Below, in pieces: positions 29,030 through 40,000 of a stretch of 64,000 nucleotides of DNA (positions within the stretch are counted from its first letter, which is position 1; each line of letters starts with the position of its first letter). Source of the stretch: Terriglobia bacterium (GTDB taxonomy: Bacteria > Acidobacteriota > Terriglobia > 20CM-2-55-15); contig CBDAOY010000008.1 of NCBI GenBank assembly GCA_965198225.1, positions 1,120,001 through 1,184,000 of the forward strand, read 5' to 3'. The notes beneath the pieces were generated by a model. That model did no database searches. It saw nothing but the letters and a program-made list of their open reading frames with translations, and was not told where the DNA came from. Made by a program: the position numbers and the translations under genes.

Positions 29030-32000
29030 ATGACGCCCCTGCAGTCTATGAAATCGAAGGCAGTTCCGTTCTTACTTGCCACAGGTCTTGCCCTGTCGCT
29101 CGCTCCACCGGTCGTCGTCCGGGCCGAGCGCTTGCCGATCACGAGCTACACGATCGCCGACGGTCTGGCTCATGAGCGGGTCAAGTGCGTTTTTCAGGAT
29201 TCGAAGGGTTTCCTGTGGTTCTGCACGTCGAACGGTTTGAACCGCTACGACGGTTACCGTTTTGCGACCTATCGCACCGAACACGGACTTCCGCATGTTT
29301 CGATTAACGACATGCTGGAAACGCGGTCTGGCGAATACTGGATCGCGACCAACGGCGGGGGTGTGGCCCGATTCCACCCCGATGGGACTCTCGACAGCCA
29401 CTCGCCGCTATTCACTGCCTACTCCCTGATCGAAGAGGGCACGACCGGAGCCGCGGCGGACGATCTTCGAGGAACTGCGGGTCCGCGACCCAACCGTGTC
29501 AACGTCTTGTACGAAGACCGCCGTCGACAACTATGGGCGGGCACCGACGACGGTCTGTTTCGCCTCGATACGACGGACCACTCTCCCACATTCAAGCGAG
29601 TCGAACTTGATTACCCCCTGGTTTCGGGTCAATTCCTGGCCATCTGGACTTTGATAGGAGACGATGAAGGCAATCTGTGGCTCGGCACATCGCGAGGGCT
29701 GACCAGACGGTATCCAGACGGCCGGACAGCGCACCACTCTGTCACGCCGGACCAGGACAACCTTTCGGTGCGAGCCCTGCTGGTAGAGGGCGGGAGGCTC
29801 TGGATCGGTCACGAAGCAGGTCTGACGATCGTTTATCCCGAACCGGCCTCGATGAGCGATTCCGATGCCCCGTTGCCGTGGCGGCGACTTCTATCCGACA
29901 GGTCCACATTGCCGTCAACTCCGGGCGACGCCATCTGGGTGACCCGCGCCGACGGTCTCGTCGACGAACACGTCCGCACGATGTATCAGACCTCCGATGG
30001 ACGAATTTGGCTGGGCTCCAACGGGGGCGGGTGGATTGGCTTCGGTGGGGGCGGACTGACCGAATTCGACGGCAAAACGTTCAAGAGCTACACACCGGCA
30101 GACGGCCTGGCCGACGACATGATCGTCGACCTCGCCGAAGGCCGGGACGGCAACCTCTGGGTTGGCACCGGATCCCGCGGCGCGATGAAGATTTCAACAC
30201 ACGGGTTTACTTCTTACGGCGAGATGGACGGCGTGGGCCATACCGTGGTGCGATCTCTTTTCGAAGACCGTAACCACAACATCTACGCGGTCGGAGACAG
30301 GCCGTTTATCAATCGCCTCGACGGAGGACGCTTCACTCAGATCGAACCGGTTCTGCCGGTGACGCCCACCGAAACGCTCGTGTGGAATTACAGCCTCGTT
30401 CAGGATCAAACGGACCACTGGTGGATCGGAACGCGGGAAGGCCTGTACCGCTTCGCGAACACCGATAGCATCGACCAGCTTGCAAACGAGCAAGCGACGA
30501 CCATCTACACGACACGAGACGGACTCGCCGGCAACCGGATTCTGAGTCTTTATGAGGACTCGCGGGGCGACATCTGGTTTGGAACCGAGGGCCGGGAGGT
30601 GCTTTCGCGATGGGAGCGCTCTACCGGCCTGTTTAATCACTATTCCGCGCAGAATGGCTTGCCCCCTTCCCAACCGTACGCTTATGCGGAGGACCGATCG
30701 GGCAACTTGTGGATTGGTTTCAATCGCGGTGGAGTGGTCCGCTACAGGGACGGACGGTTCGTGACCGTCCCGGACCTTCCCGGGGCTTCAAGCAGTCGGG
30801 TCTCGGGGCTGTACCTGGATCACGCCGGTCGAATCTGGATCCTGACCTCGGTCTCTGGTGTCACTCGCGTCGACGATCCCGACGCCGATCGACCCGGCTT
30901 TGTCACCTACACGTCCGCCCAAGGTTTGTCCAGCTGTGAGGCTACCTCAATCACGGAGGACGCGTACGGGCGGGTCTATGTTGCAGGATTCTGTGGCGTG
31001 AACCGGATCGACCCGGTAACAGATCGGATCAAGCACTACACGACGGCCGACGGGCTGGGCTCCAACGAAGTGGAGAGCGCATTCCGTGACAGCGGCGACA
31101 CTCTGTGGTTCGGCACGAAGAGGGGTATCTCACGGCTGATTCCCAGAGAAGAACCTCCGGAACAGCCTCCGCCTGTCCTGATCCGCGGCCTGCGCATCTC
31201 GGGCCAGCGCTATCCGGTGTCGGAGCTGGGCGATGCCTTGATAGATGAGATCCAGCTTGGACCGGCTCAGAATCACATCGAGATCGATTTTGTCGGCCTC
31301 AGCTTTGCTCTGGGTCGTCAACTTCGTTATGAGTACGTACTCGAAGGCGCCGACACGGATTGGAATGAACCGACCGACCAGAACACCATCATCTACGGCA
31401 GCCTTTCACCGGGCCAATACCGCTTCCAGGTGCGCGCCCTCGATGCCGATGGTCTAACGAGCACCACGCCTGCTGTGATGGCCTTCACGATCCTTCCGCC
31501 CCTGTGGCAACGGGGATGGGTACTGAGCCTGGCGGTTCTTGTGATCGCTTCGCTCGCGTATGGGCTGTACCGGTACCGCCTGGAACAGCTACTCCACGTC
31601 GAGCGGATGCGCACCCGGATCGCGGCAGACCTCCACGACGATATCGGCGCAGGACTCTCGCGGATAGTGCTTCTCAGTGAAGTTCTCCGGCGTGAAGAGG
31701 GACCCAATGAGCGAGGCTCCGAGCGGTTGACCAAGATCGCGGACACGGGGCGAGAGCTCGTCGATTCGATGGCCGACATCGTCTGGTCGATGAACCCGCT
31801 GCGCGATGACTTGAGGAGCCTGGTCCTGCGGATTCGGCAGTTCGCCTCGGATTTGTTGGAGATCAAGGGTATCGAATGGGAGTTCCGGTCACCCGAAATA
31901 CTGGACGACGTCAAGCTTTCGCCGGACGTGCGACGGCATGTCCTGTCGATTTTCAAGGAAGCCCTCAACAACATCGTGCGACATGCCGACTGCCGGTCGG

Positions 32001-32218
32001 CTGCGCTGGACCTCAACATGACCGATGGTTCACTCGAAGCCGAGATTTGCGATGACGGCCGTGGTTTCGTCACGTCCGAAAAGGACTCCACGTGGAGGCG
32101 AAGTGGGAGCGGGTTGATAAACATGCAGCGGCGGGCGATAGAGCTCGGCGGTGAGTTGAAGATCGATTCGTCTCCCGGAAGGGGCACCCGGATAACGATG
32201 AGCGTGCCGCTCCGCTGA
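29030..32218 (+). CDS. Sensor histidine kinase 2 (paralog of kinase 1, intact)
   Basis: Signal peptide, propeller repeats, Y_Y_Y, TM, RIAADLHDDIG, DDGRGF, GSGLINM. Confidence 0.93.
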   Translation: MTPLQSMKSKAVPFLLATGLALSLAPPVVVRAERLPITSYTIADGLAHERVKCVFQDSKGFLWFCTSNGLNRYDGYRFATYRTEHGLPHVSINDMLETRSGEYWIATNGGGVARFHPDGTLDSHSPLFTAYSLIEEGTTGAAADDLRGTAGPRPNRVNVLYEDRRRQLWAGTDDGLFRLDTTDHSPTFKRVELDYPLVSGQFLAIWTLIGDDEGNLWLGTSRGLTRRYPDGRTAHHSVTPDQDNLSVRALLVEGGRLWIGHEAGLTIVYPEPASMSDSDAPLPWRRLLSDRSTLPSTPGDAIWVTRADGLVDEHVRTMYQTSDGRIWLGSNGGGWIGFGGGGLTEFDGKTFKSYTPADGLADDMIVDLAEGRDGNLWVGTGSRGAMKISTHGFTSYGEMDGVGHTVVRSLFEDRNHNIYAVGDRPFINRLDGGRFTQIEPVLPVTPTETLVWNYSLVQDQTDHWWIGTREGLYRFANTDSIDQLANEQATTIYTTRDGLAGNRILSLYEDSRGDIWFGTEGREVLSRWERSTGLFNHYSAQNGLPPSQPYAYAEDRSGNLWIGFNRGGVVRYRDGRFVTVPDLPGASSSRVSGLYLDHAGRIWILTSVSGVTRVDDPDADRPGFVTYTSAQGLSSCEATSITEDAYGRVYVAGFCGVNRIDPVTDRIKHYTTADGLGSNEVESAFRDSGDTLWFGTKRGISRLIPREEPPEQPPPVLIRGLRISGQRYPVSELGDALIDEIQLGPAQNHIEIDFVGLSFALGRQLRYEYVLEGADTDWNEPTDQNTIIYGSLSPGQYRFQVRALDADGLTSTTPAVMAFTILPPLWQRGWVLSLAVLVIASLAYGLYRYRLEQLLHVERMRTRIAADLHDDIGAGLSRIVLLSEVLRREEGPNERGSERLTKIADTGRELVDSMADIVWSMNPLRDDLRSLVLRIRQFASDLLEIKGIEWEFRSPEILDDVKLSPDVRRHVLSIFKEALNNIVRHADCRSAALDLNMTDGSLEAEICDDGRGFVTSEKDSTWRRSGSGLINMQRRAIELGGELKIDSSPGRGTRITMSVPLR

Positions 32219-32222
32219 ACCT

Positions 32223-32242
32223 GATCGCATGCCCATGCGATT
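32223..32242 (+). promoter_or_regulatory. 9-2-9 palindromic box (near-perfect) after kinase 2
   Basis: GATCGCATG-CC-CATGCGATT, in the position equivalent to the box after kinase 1. Confidence 0.75.
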
Positions 32243-32272
32243 TGGTTCGCAGGGTCAGAGGTACCCCAACTT

Positions 32273-32308
32273 CACTCAAGATCCGAGGCCATCAGTAAGG
32301 CGATCCCC
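32273..32308 (+). pseudogene. Relic of a second response regulator (C-terminal end only)
   Basis: CACTCAAGATCCGAGGCCATCAGTAAGGCGATC = HSRSEAISKAI, versus HSKSEAVSKAI at the end of the intact regulator. Confidence 0.7.
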
Positions 32309-32439
32309 GCGTATGACCCCCTTTGGCCCTCGATCGGGCCGCATTCCTCACCACAGCAATCCTTAGCCAAAGGAGGTGCGGGCCCGCACCGGCCGCGGCA
32401 CGATGCTTTGCATCCGTCTCCATCCTGCCGAGAACGAAA

Positions 32440-32459
32440 AACTACATGTTCATGCGATT
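32440..32459 (+). promoter_or_regulatory. 9-2-9 palindromic box upstream of NHLP precursors 1 and 2
   Basis: AACTACATG-TT-CATGCGATT, then 19 bp, then TTCAAAAAT. Confidence 0.75.
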
Positions 32460-32578
32460 ACGCCAACAATGACCCTCCTTCAAAAATGGAACTGACGCAA
32501 CAGTGACAGGAGTTGCACCAAGGAGAACAACGAGGATCTCGGCAAAGCAGATCTTCTCTAACAATCAAAGGAGACACG

Positions 32579-32950
32579 ATGATGCAGAACGATGACAATT
32601 CCGCGAACGACCCACAGATGCGAGTGATCGCAAAGGCCTGGAAAGACGACGGTTTTCACCAGGAGCTGCTCAACGATCCGAAAGCCACGATCGAAAAGGA
32701 ACTGAGTGTCAAGCTGCCGGAGGGCTTGAGCGTCCAGGTTCACGAACAGTCCGAGAGAGTGCTTCATCTGCTGTTGCCGCCCAGACCTGAAGAAAGCGAG
32801 CTCTCCGACGCCCAGTTGGAAGCGGTCGCGGGCGGCGGTTTCAATTCCCAAGTGGGATTCAACCCGCAACCGGAACCGCCGGGCATGGAGGCGGTGTCGA
32901 ACCAATTCAGCAGGTGGGGAGGCGGCGGGTTCAACTGGTTCCTTCATTAG
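32579..32950 (+). CDS. NHLP-leader RiPP-like precursor peptide 1
   Basis: VIAKAWKDDGF..ELLNDPKA...HLLLPPRP..ELSDAQLEAVAGG leader. 37-aa core GFNSQVGFNPQPEPPGMEAVSNQFSRWGGGGFNWFLH. AAGGAG RBS. Confidence 0.92.
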   Translation: MMQNDDNSANDPQMRVIAKAWKDDGFHQELLNDPKATIEKELSVKLPEGLSVQVHEQSERVLHLLLPPRPEESELSDAQLEAVAGGGFNSQVGFNPQPEPPGMEAVSNQFSRWGGGGFNWFLH

Positions 32951-32998
32951 GCGGGTCGCAATCCGGCGAATCGCCACAAACGAATCAAGAGGTAAGAG

Positions 32999-33325
32999 AT
33001 GCAGAAGAACGAAGATGAAATCAGAGAACTGTGGGCGAACCTCGTGACCCGATCCTGGGACGATCCGTATCTGAGGCGGCGGTTGCTCGAAGAGCCGGCC
33101 TCGGTGCTCGACGAGAACGGTGTCGAAGTTCCCGGTGAGGCGACGATCAAGACCTTCGAAGACGACGGCGACACCATAGTTCTGCCGATCGCGCGGAAAC
33201 CCGCGGACACCGAGCTGGCCGAAGAGCAACTGGAGGCGGTGGCGGGAGGAGGCATCGTAATAGATTACAAGTCACCCGCTCGATCTATCCGGAGCTTCGG
33301 CAGCCTTCAGATGTTCGGTCGATAG
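32999..33325 (+). CDS. NHLP-leader precursor peptide 2
   Basis: LVTRSWDDP..RRRLLEEP...ELAEEQLEAVAGG leader. Core GIVIDYKSPARSIRSFGSLQMFGR. Confidence 0.9.
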   Translation: MQKNEDEIRELWANLVTRSWDDPYLRRRLLEEPASVLDENGVEVPGEATIKTFEDDGDTIVLPIARKPADTELAEEQLEAVAGGGIVIDYKSPARSIRSFGSLQMFGR

Positions 33326-33409
33326 GCATCGGTCAGTGTGAGGGAGGTCGTCCAAGAGCTCGAGATTCATCTCTTGAGCGGCCAATCCTCACTCTACAGA
33401 CGAAGCGAC

Positions 33410-33429
33410 AATCACATATTCATGCGATT
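33410..33429 (+). promoter_or_regulatory. 9-2-9 palindromic box upstream of NHLP precursor 3
   Basis: AATCACATA-TT-CATGCGATT, then 19 bp, then CGTACAAAT. Confidence 0.75.
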
Positions 33430-33511
33430 TCCAACCCATTGACCGTGCCGTACAAATTTGAATAACGCGGCAGTCCACTCGAGTCGCGACAAAAATCAGG
33501 AGGCAAGAAAA

Positions 33512-33841
33512 ATGTCAGGAAACGAAAACGAAATCGAAGAACTGTGGGCCACGCTCGTGACCCGATCCTGGGAGGATCCGCACTTGAGGCGGCGGCTACT
33601 CGAAGAGCCCGCCGCGGTTCTCCATGAAAGCGGTGTGGCGGTTCCCGAAGGGGCCACGATCAAGACTTTCGAGGACGACGGCAACACCATAGTTATGCCG
33701 GTCGCACAGGAACCCGAAGACACCGAGCTGGCCGAGGAGCAACTCGCGTCCGTAGCGGGGGGCATCATCGTTATCGAGGGCGGCAGGTCGGCTCTGCCCT
33801 CGATCCGGAGCTTCGGCAGCCTTCAAATGTTCGGTCGGTAG
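33512..33841 (+). CDS. NHLP-leader precursor peptide 3 (paralog of 2)
   Basis: ELAEEQLASVAGG leader end. Core IIVIEGGRSALPSIRSFGSLQMFGR. AGGAGG RBS. Confidence 0.9.
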   Translation: MSGNENEIEELWATLVTRSWEDPHLRRRLLEEPAAVLHESGVAVPEGATIKTFEDDGNTIVMPVAQEPEDTELAEEQLASVAGGIIVIEGGRSALPSIRSFGSLQMFGR

Positions 33842-34001
33842 AGCCGTGCGACATACGGGCGGTCTCCCCGGCCGCCCGAGTCCATTCATCATAAACACGC
33901 CAGCTTGCTTTCCAGCTTCCAGTAGAACGCACCGCCACTCCGGCAGCAGCCTTCCGCACTGACTTTTCCCACGCGTTCTCAGCCTTCGGCTTAGACGAGA
34001 A

Positions 34002-34021
34002 AACCACATGTTCATGCGATT
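34002..34021 (+). promoter_or_regulatory. 9-2-9 palindromic box upstream of the giant surface protein
   Basis: AACCACATG-TT-CATGCGATT, then 19 bp, then CGTAGAAAT. Confidence 0.75.
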
Positions 34022-34096
34022 TCGCCAACGCCGACCCTCCCGTAGAAATGTAGTCAGCCTGGCGGTCGTACATCCGCCAGGCGCTGGAGGGATGAG

Positions 34097-37000
34097 ATGC
34101 GATCGGTATTGAGAGCCTTCTTGGTCTGCTTTTTGTTCGGAATCGTAGTTTCCCCGGGAGGGGCCAACAACCAGGGTAAAGGAAACGTCGACCAGAGCAT
34201 ACCGGCGACCTTCGTGCAATTGCCGATGGCTTTCGAGCCCAACCAGGGTCAGGCGGACGAAAAGGTCCGGTTCATCTCCCGTGGCAGGGGCTATACGCTC
34301 TTCTTGACTCCAGAAGAAGCGGTTCTTCTGCTCCGTGAGCGCGACGCCAGCAAGGCTCGGGCCGGTGCGGTGCGGATGCGGTTCGTCGGTGCCGACCCCG
34401 CAACGACGATCACGGGGCGTCAAGAACTCCGCGGCAGGAGCAACTACCTCATGGGTCGCGATCCCGCCAATTGGCGGACGAACATCCCGAACTTCGGCCG
34501 GGTCCATTACAGAGGACTCTATCCCGGCGTCGACGCCACCTTCTATGGCAACCAGGGACGGCTCGAATATGACTTCATCGTCGAGCCGGGCATACGGCCC
34601 GAAACGATCCGGCTCGGATTCGACGGGATCCAGGAAATTGCGGTAGGCACTGATGGCGACCTGCTGCTCGAGACCGCGGTCGGTGAAGTTCGGCTGAGCA
34701 AACCGATCCTCTACCAGGAAACAGCTGGTGGGAGAAACGAGATTGCCGGTCAGTACCTCTTGCTTGAAAACAACGAGGTCGGTTTCACCGTCGGAACATA
34801 TGACGCCGACAAACCGCTCGTGATCGACCCCCAGCTCCTGTATGCGACCTATCTCAGCGGCAGCACGACCGAGGACGGCTTTGCGGTCGCCGTCGACAGC
34901 GCCGGCGACGCGTATGTGACCGGCCAGACGTTTTCAGCCAACTTCCCGACTTCCTTCGGAGCCTTCCATACGCTCCCATTGGGCAGTGGCGAGGTTTTCG
35001 TCACGAAGTTGCGCCCGACAGCGGCCGACGGACAGGGTTCCGACCTGATCTATTCCACTTTGATCAGCGGTAGCGCGAACGACATCGCCCGAGACATTGC
35101 CGTACACAACGCGACTGGTAACGCCTGCGTCGTCGGCGATACCCTGTCGCGCCTGAGTTTCCCCATCACAGCGAACGCTTTCCAGAACGCAACCGTCGGC
35201 GCTGGGGACGTCTTCATGACTTGCCTGAACTCAACCGGCACCGCCCTCGTCTACTCCACGTTCCTTTCGGGCAACAACGGCTCCGTAGGTCGCGGTATCG
35301 CGGTCGACGACTCCAGCGGAGTGTACGTGACCGGTCGGGCAGACTCGGCGGATTTTCCGACGAAAAACGCGTTTCAGTCTGCACACGGTGGAAATACGGA
35401 CGTATTCGTCGCGAAGATCGATCCTACCCAAAGTGGCGCGGCATCCCTCATCTACTCGACACTCCTCGGCGGATCTTCCGACGAAAACGGCGAAGACGTC
35501 GCCGTGGACTCGTCTGGTGCCGCCTACGTCACCGGACAGACCCTGTCGACGAACACCACTGGTACGCTTTTCCCCATTCGTGGTGCCGCTCAATCCAGTC
35601 CCGGCGCCAATGGTTCCAGGGACGCATTCGTGGCAAAGATCGATCCGTCACTAGTCGGCGGCCCGTCCCTCATCTATTCAACCTTCCTCGGCGGCAGCGG
35701 CGTTGAGAACAGTACGGTCGAAGACGGAGGCATCGCTGTGGATTCTCTCGGGGCCGCCTACGTGACGGGGGCAACCGTTTCAGCCGATTTTCCGGTCACT
35801 GCAGGCGCGTACCAATCCGTCGCAGCCAGCCTCGGCGACGCCTTCCTGGTGAAGCTCAACCCCGCGGGCGACCTGTTCCTCTATTCGACATACCTCGGAG
35901 GAAGCGCTTCGGACAAAGGCACGGCCGTCGCCGTCGACTCGTCGGGGCGGGCCTACGTAACGGGTTATACCGGATCAGCGGACTTCCCGATCGCGGATGC
36001 TTTCCAGGTTCTGAACAACGGCGGCCAGGACGCCTTCGTGACCCAGATCGATCCGTCGCAGAGTGGAAACGCCTCTCTGGGTTACTCCACGTATCTTGGC
36101 GGCAACTCCGTCGACTGGGGCTATGGCATCGCAGTCGATAGCAGCGGTGCTGCACACGTCGCCGGAACGACTGCCGGCAATACCTTCCCGGCCACCGCCG
36201 GCGCATTCCAGACCCAAACCTCAGGCGGTCGGGATGCGTTTCTAGCGAAGATTGGGTCGAGCAACAGGGCGCCACGAGCCACCGACGACGACTACGAGGT
36301 GGATGAAGACAACGGGTTAACCATAGCTGCCCCCGGAGTATTAACCAACGATACGGACGACGATGGCGATCCGCTTACCGCCGATCTGATTGACGGCGCC
36401 ACAGACGGCACGCTAACTCTGAATTCGAACGGATCTTTTACATATGATCCCGACCCCGATTTCAACGGAGCGGACACCTTCACCTACGTTGCCAACGACG
36501 GAACGGAGGCCAGCAATGTCGCCACCGTGACGATTACCGTGCGGCCGGTCAACGATGCCCCGCTGGGGGTCGACGACGCCTACACGGTGAACGAGGATGC
36601 AACTCTCGACGTGGCGCCGCCCGGCGTCCTCACGAACGACACGGACGCCGATCTGGATGCGCTGACCGCAACCCTGGTGACCGATGTCAGCAACGGCACG
36701 CTGACGCTGATCGCGGATGGATCCTTTAGGTACACTCCGAATGCCGATTTCAACGGGGCCGACACCTTTACCTACAACGCCAACGATCCGTCTGGTGCCG
36801 CGGCCTCCGCCACCGTGACGATTACCGTGATCGCGGTCAACGATCCTCCGAACGCGCGAGATGACTCGGTCACCACGCCAGAGGATACTCCGATCACGAT
36901 CACGGTTCTCGCCAACGACGACGATCCCGACGCTGACCAACTCACCGTCACAGCTGTCTCCGATCCGTCCAACGGCACCGTGCGGATAGAGCCCGACGGC

Positions 37001-40000
37001 ACTTTGACGTTTATACCAGGCGTGGATGTCAACGGCGCTGACACCTTCACCTACGACGTCGATGACGGTCAGGGTGGACGCTCTACCGCCACAGTCGACA
37101 TCACGGTGACGCCCGTCAACGATGCCCCCATCGCTGCAGACGACGCCTATTCCGTTGACGAGGACGACGCTCTCGTCGTCCAGAACGTCCCGGGAGAAGA
37201 CATACTCGAAAACGATTCCGATGTGGACGGGGATGCTCTGACCGCCGTACTGATAACCGACGTCAGCAACGGAACCCTCGCTCTGGCCCCAAACGGGTCG
37301 TTTACCTACACACCGAACGCCGATTTCAACGGCACTGACAGCTTCACCTACGTCGCCAATGACGGGACCGAAGACAGCAACGTCGCCACCGTCAACATCA
37401 CCGTCGATCCCGTCAACGATCCTCCAGTCGGTGTCGATGACGCTTACGCCGTCGACGAAGATCAGGTGCTCACGATCGCGGCTCCGGGTCTGCTGGACAA
37501 CGATCTCGACGTCGACGGCGACGCTTTGGCGTCCGGTCTCGGTGCGAATCCCGGCAGCGGGACCCTCACGCTGAACGGAGATGGCTCGTTTACCTACACA
37601 CCGAATGCGGATTTCAACGGCACCGATACGTTCCAGTACCTCCCGAGAGACGGGACCGTAGACGGCAATCTCACTACGGTTACGATCACGGTGCGGCCGG
37701 TCAACGATGCCCCTGTCGCGGCCGGCGTCAGCTACTCGACCGATGAAGACACGGCCTTGACGATCGCTGTGCCTGGCGTGCTGGGGAATGATACGGACGT
37801 TGACGGAGATGCTTTGACGGCGGTTCTGTCTACCGACGTCAGCAACGGAACCCTCGCTCTGGCCCCCGACGGGTCGTTTACCTACACACCGAACGCCGAT
37901 TTCAACGGCGCTGACAGCTTCACCTACGTCGCTAATGACGGGACTGAAAACAGCAACGTCGCCACCGTCAACATCACCGTCAATCCGGTTAACGATCAGC
38001 CTGTTGCCACCGATGATGTCTACGCGGTGAACGAGGACACCCCGCTCGACATTCCAGCTCCCGGTGTCTTGACCAACGACTCCGACCCCGACGGCGACGC
38101 CCCGTCCGCGGCACTGGCCACGGATGTCAGTAACGGGACGTTGACCTTGAACCTCGACGGTTCCTTTGACTACAACCCGAACCCGAACTTCTCCGGCGTC
38201 GACTCCTTCACCTACGTCGCCGCTGACGGCTCGCTCAACAGCAACCCGGCCACCGTCACGATCACCGTCACTCCGGTCAACGATCCTCCGACGACTGTCG
38301 ATGACACGGCCGTCACCGGGGAAGACTCGCCCGTCAACATCAACGTTCTCGCCAACGACAGCGACCCCGAGGGGGATCCTTTAACGGTCACCGCCTCGGA
38401 TCCGCCCAACGGCACAACCCGGGTCAACCCTGACCTCACGGTGACCTACACGCCCGATCCCGACTTCAACGGTGCGGATTCCTTCACCTATGACGCCGAT
38501 GACGGAAACGGTGGACGCTCCACCGGCACGGTCACCATCACCGTCGATCCGGTTAACGATCAGCCTGTTGCCGCCGATGATGTCTACGCGGTGAACGAAG
38601 ACACCCTGCTGAACATTCCGTCTCCCGGCGTGCTGACGAACGATTCCGACCCCGACGGCGATGCCCTCTCCGCGGCTCTCGCCACCGATGTCAGCAACGG
38701 AACGTTGACCTTGAACCTCGACGGTTCCTTTGACTACAACCCGAACCCGAACTTCTCCGGCGTTGACTCCTTCACTTACGTCGCCGCAGACGGGTCGCTC
38801 AACAGCAACCCGGCCACCGTCACGATCACCGTCACTCCGGTCAACGATCCTCCGATCGCCAATCCCGATTCGGTGACAACCGAGGAGGATCGGCCGGTGA
38901 CTGTGGATATCCTCGCGAACGATTCCGATCCTGATGGGGACCCGCTGGGCGTAGATACATGCAGCGATCCAGTGTTTGGCCGGGTTGTTATCAACACGAC
39001 CAACAACGCCGTCACTTACACTCCGGACCCCGACTTCAACGGTGAGGACACCTGCAACTGTGTCGTCACCGACGGCCGGGGCGGTTCCGCCACAGCGCTC
39101 GTCACCTTCATCGTCACGCCCGTCAACGACGCTCCGTTCGCCGTCAGCGACGACTACACGGCGATCGAAGACACGACGCTCAACGTTCCGGCTTCCGGAG
39201 TCCTGACGAATGACACAGATGTGGACGGCGATGCGCTGACGGCGGTTCTCGCCACCAACGCTGCCAACGGGACTGTGGCTCTCGCCGTCGACGGGTCATT
39301 CACTTACAAACCCGATCCCAACTTCAACGGCTTCGACTCCTTCACCTATACCGCCAGCGATGGCACCGACAACAGTGGTCCGGTGAACGTCAATATCGAT
39401 GTCCTCGCGACAAACGATCCTCCGACCGCTAACCCCGACTCCGCCACGACCGAGGAGGATCGGCCGGTGACTCTGGACATCCTCGCGAACGATTCCGATC
39501 CTGATGGGGACCCGCTGGGTGTGGACACATGCAGCGATCCAGTGTTTGGCCGGGTCGTTATCAACACGACCAACAATGCCGTCACCTACACCCCCGACCC
39601 CGACTTCAACGGCGAGGACAACACCAACTGCATGATCAACGACGGCCAGGGCGGTTCGGCCACGGCGCTCGTCACCGTTATCGTGACGCCGGTCAACGAT
39701 GCTCCGTTCGCCGTCAGCGACGACTACACGGCGATCGAAGACACGACGCTCAACGTTCCGGCTTCCGGAGTCCTGACGAATGACACGGATGTGGACGGCG
39801 ACGCTTTGGCAGCGATACTGGTCACCGACGCTGCCAACGGCACGGTGGCTCTGGCTGCCGACGGCTCATTCACCTACATGCCCGATCCCAACTTCAACGG
39901 CTTCGACTCCTTCACCTACACCGCCAGCGATGGCACCGACAACAGTGGCCCGGTGAACGTCAATATCGAGATCCTCCCGACCAACGATCCTCCCATTCTC

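Noticed and set aside
32579-33841. Nitrile hydratase alpha subunits
   Set aside because: The similarity is limited to the leader. The CxxCSC metal-binding motif and a beta subunit are absent, and each ends in a double-Gly site plus a short core.
32579-33841. Complete lanthipeptide, thiazole/oxazole or proteusin gene cluster
   Set aside because: The cores have no Cys, and no LanM, YcaO, radical-SAM or C39 transporter gene is in the window.
27970-34021. CRISPR array suggested by the recurring CATGCGATT repeat
   Set aside because: The copies are 200-3,500 bp apart, sit in promoter positions, and no cas genes are present.
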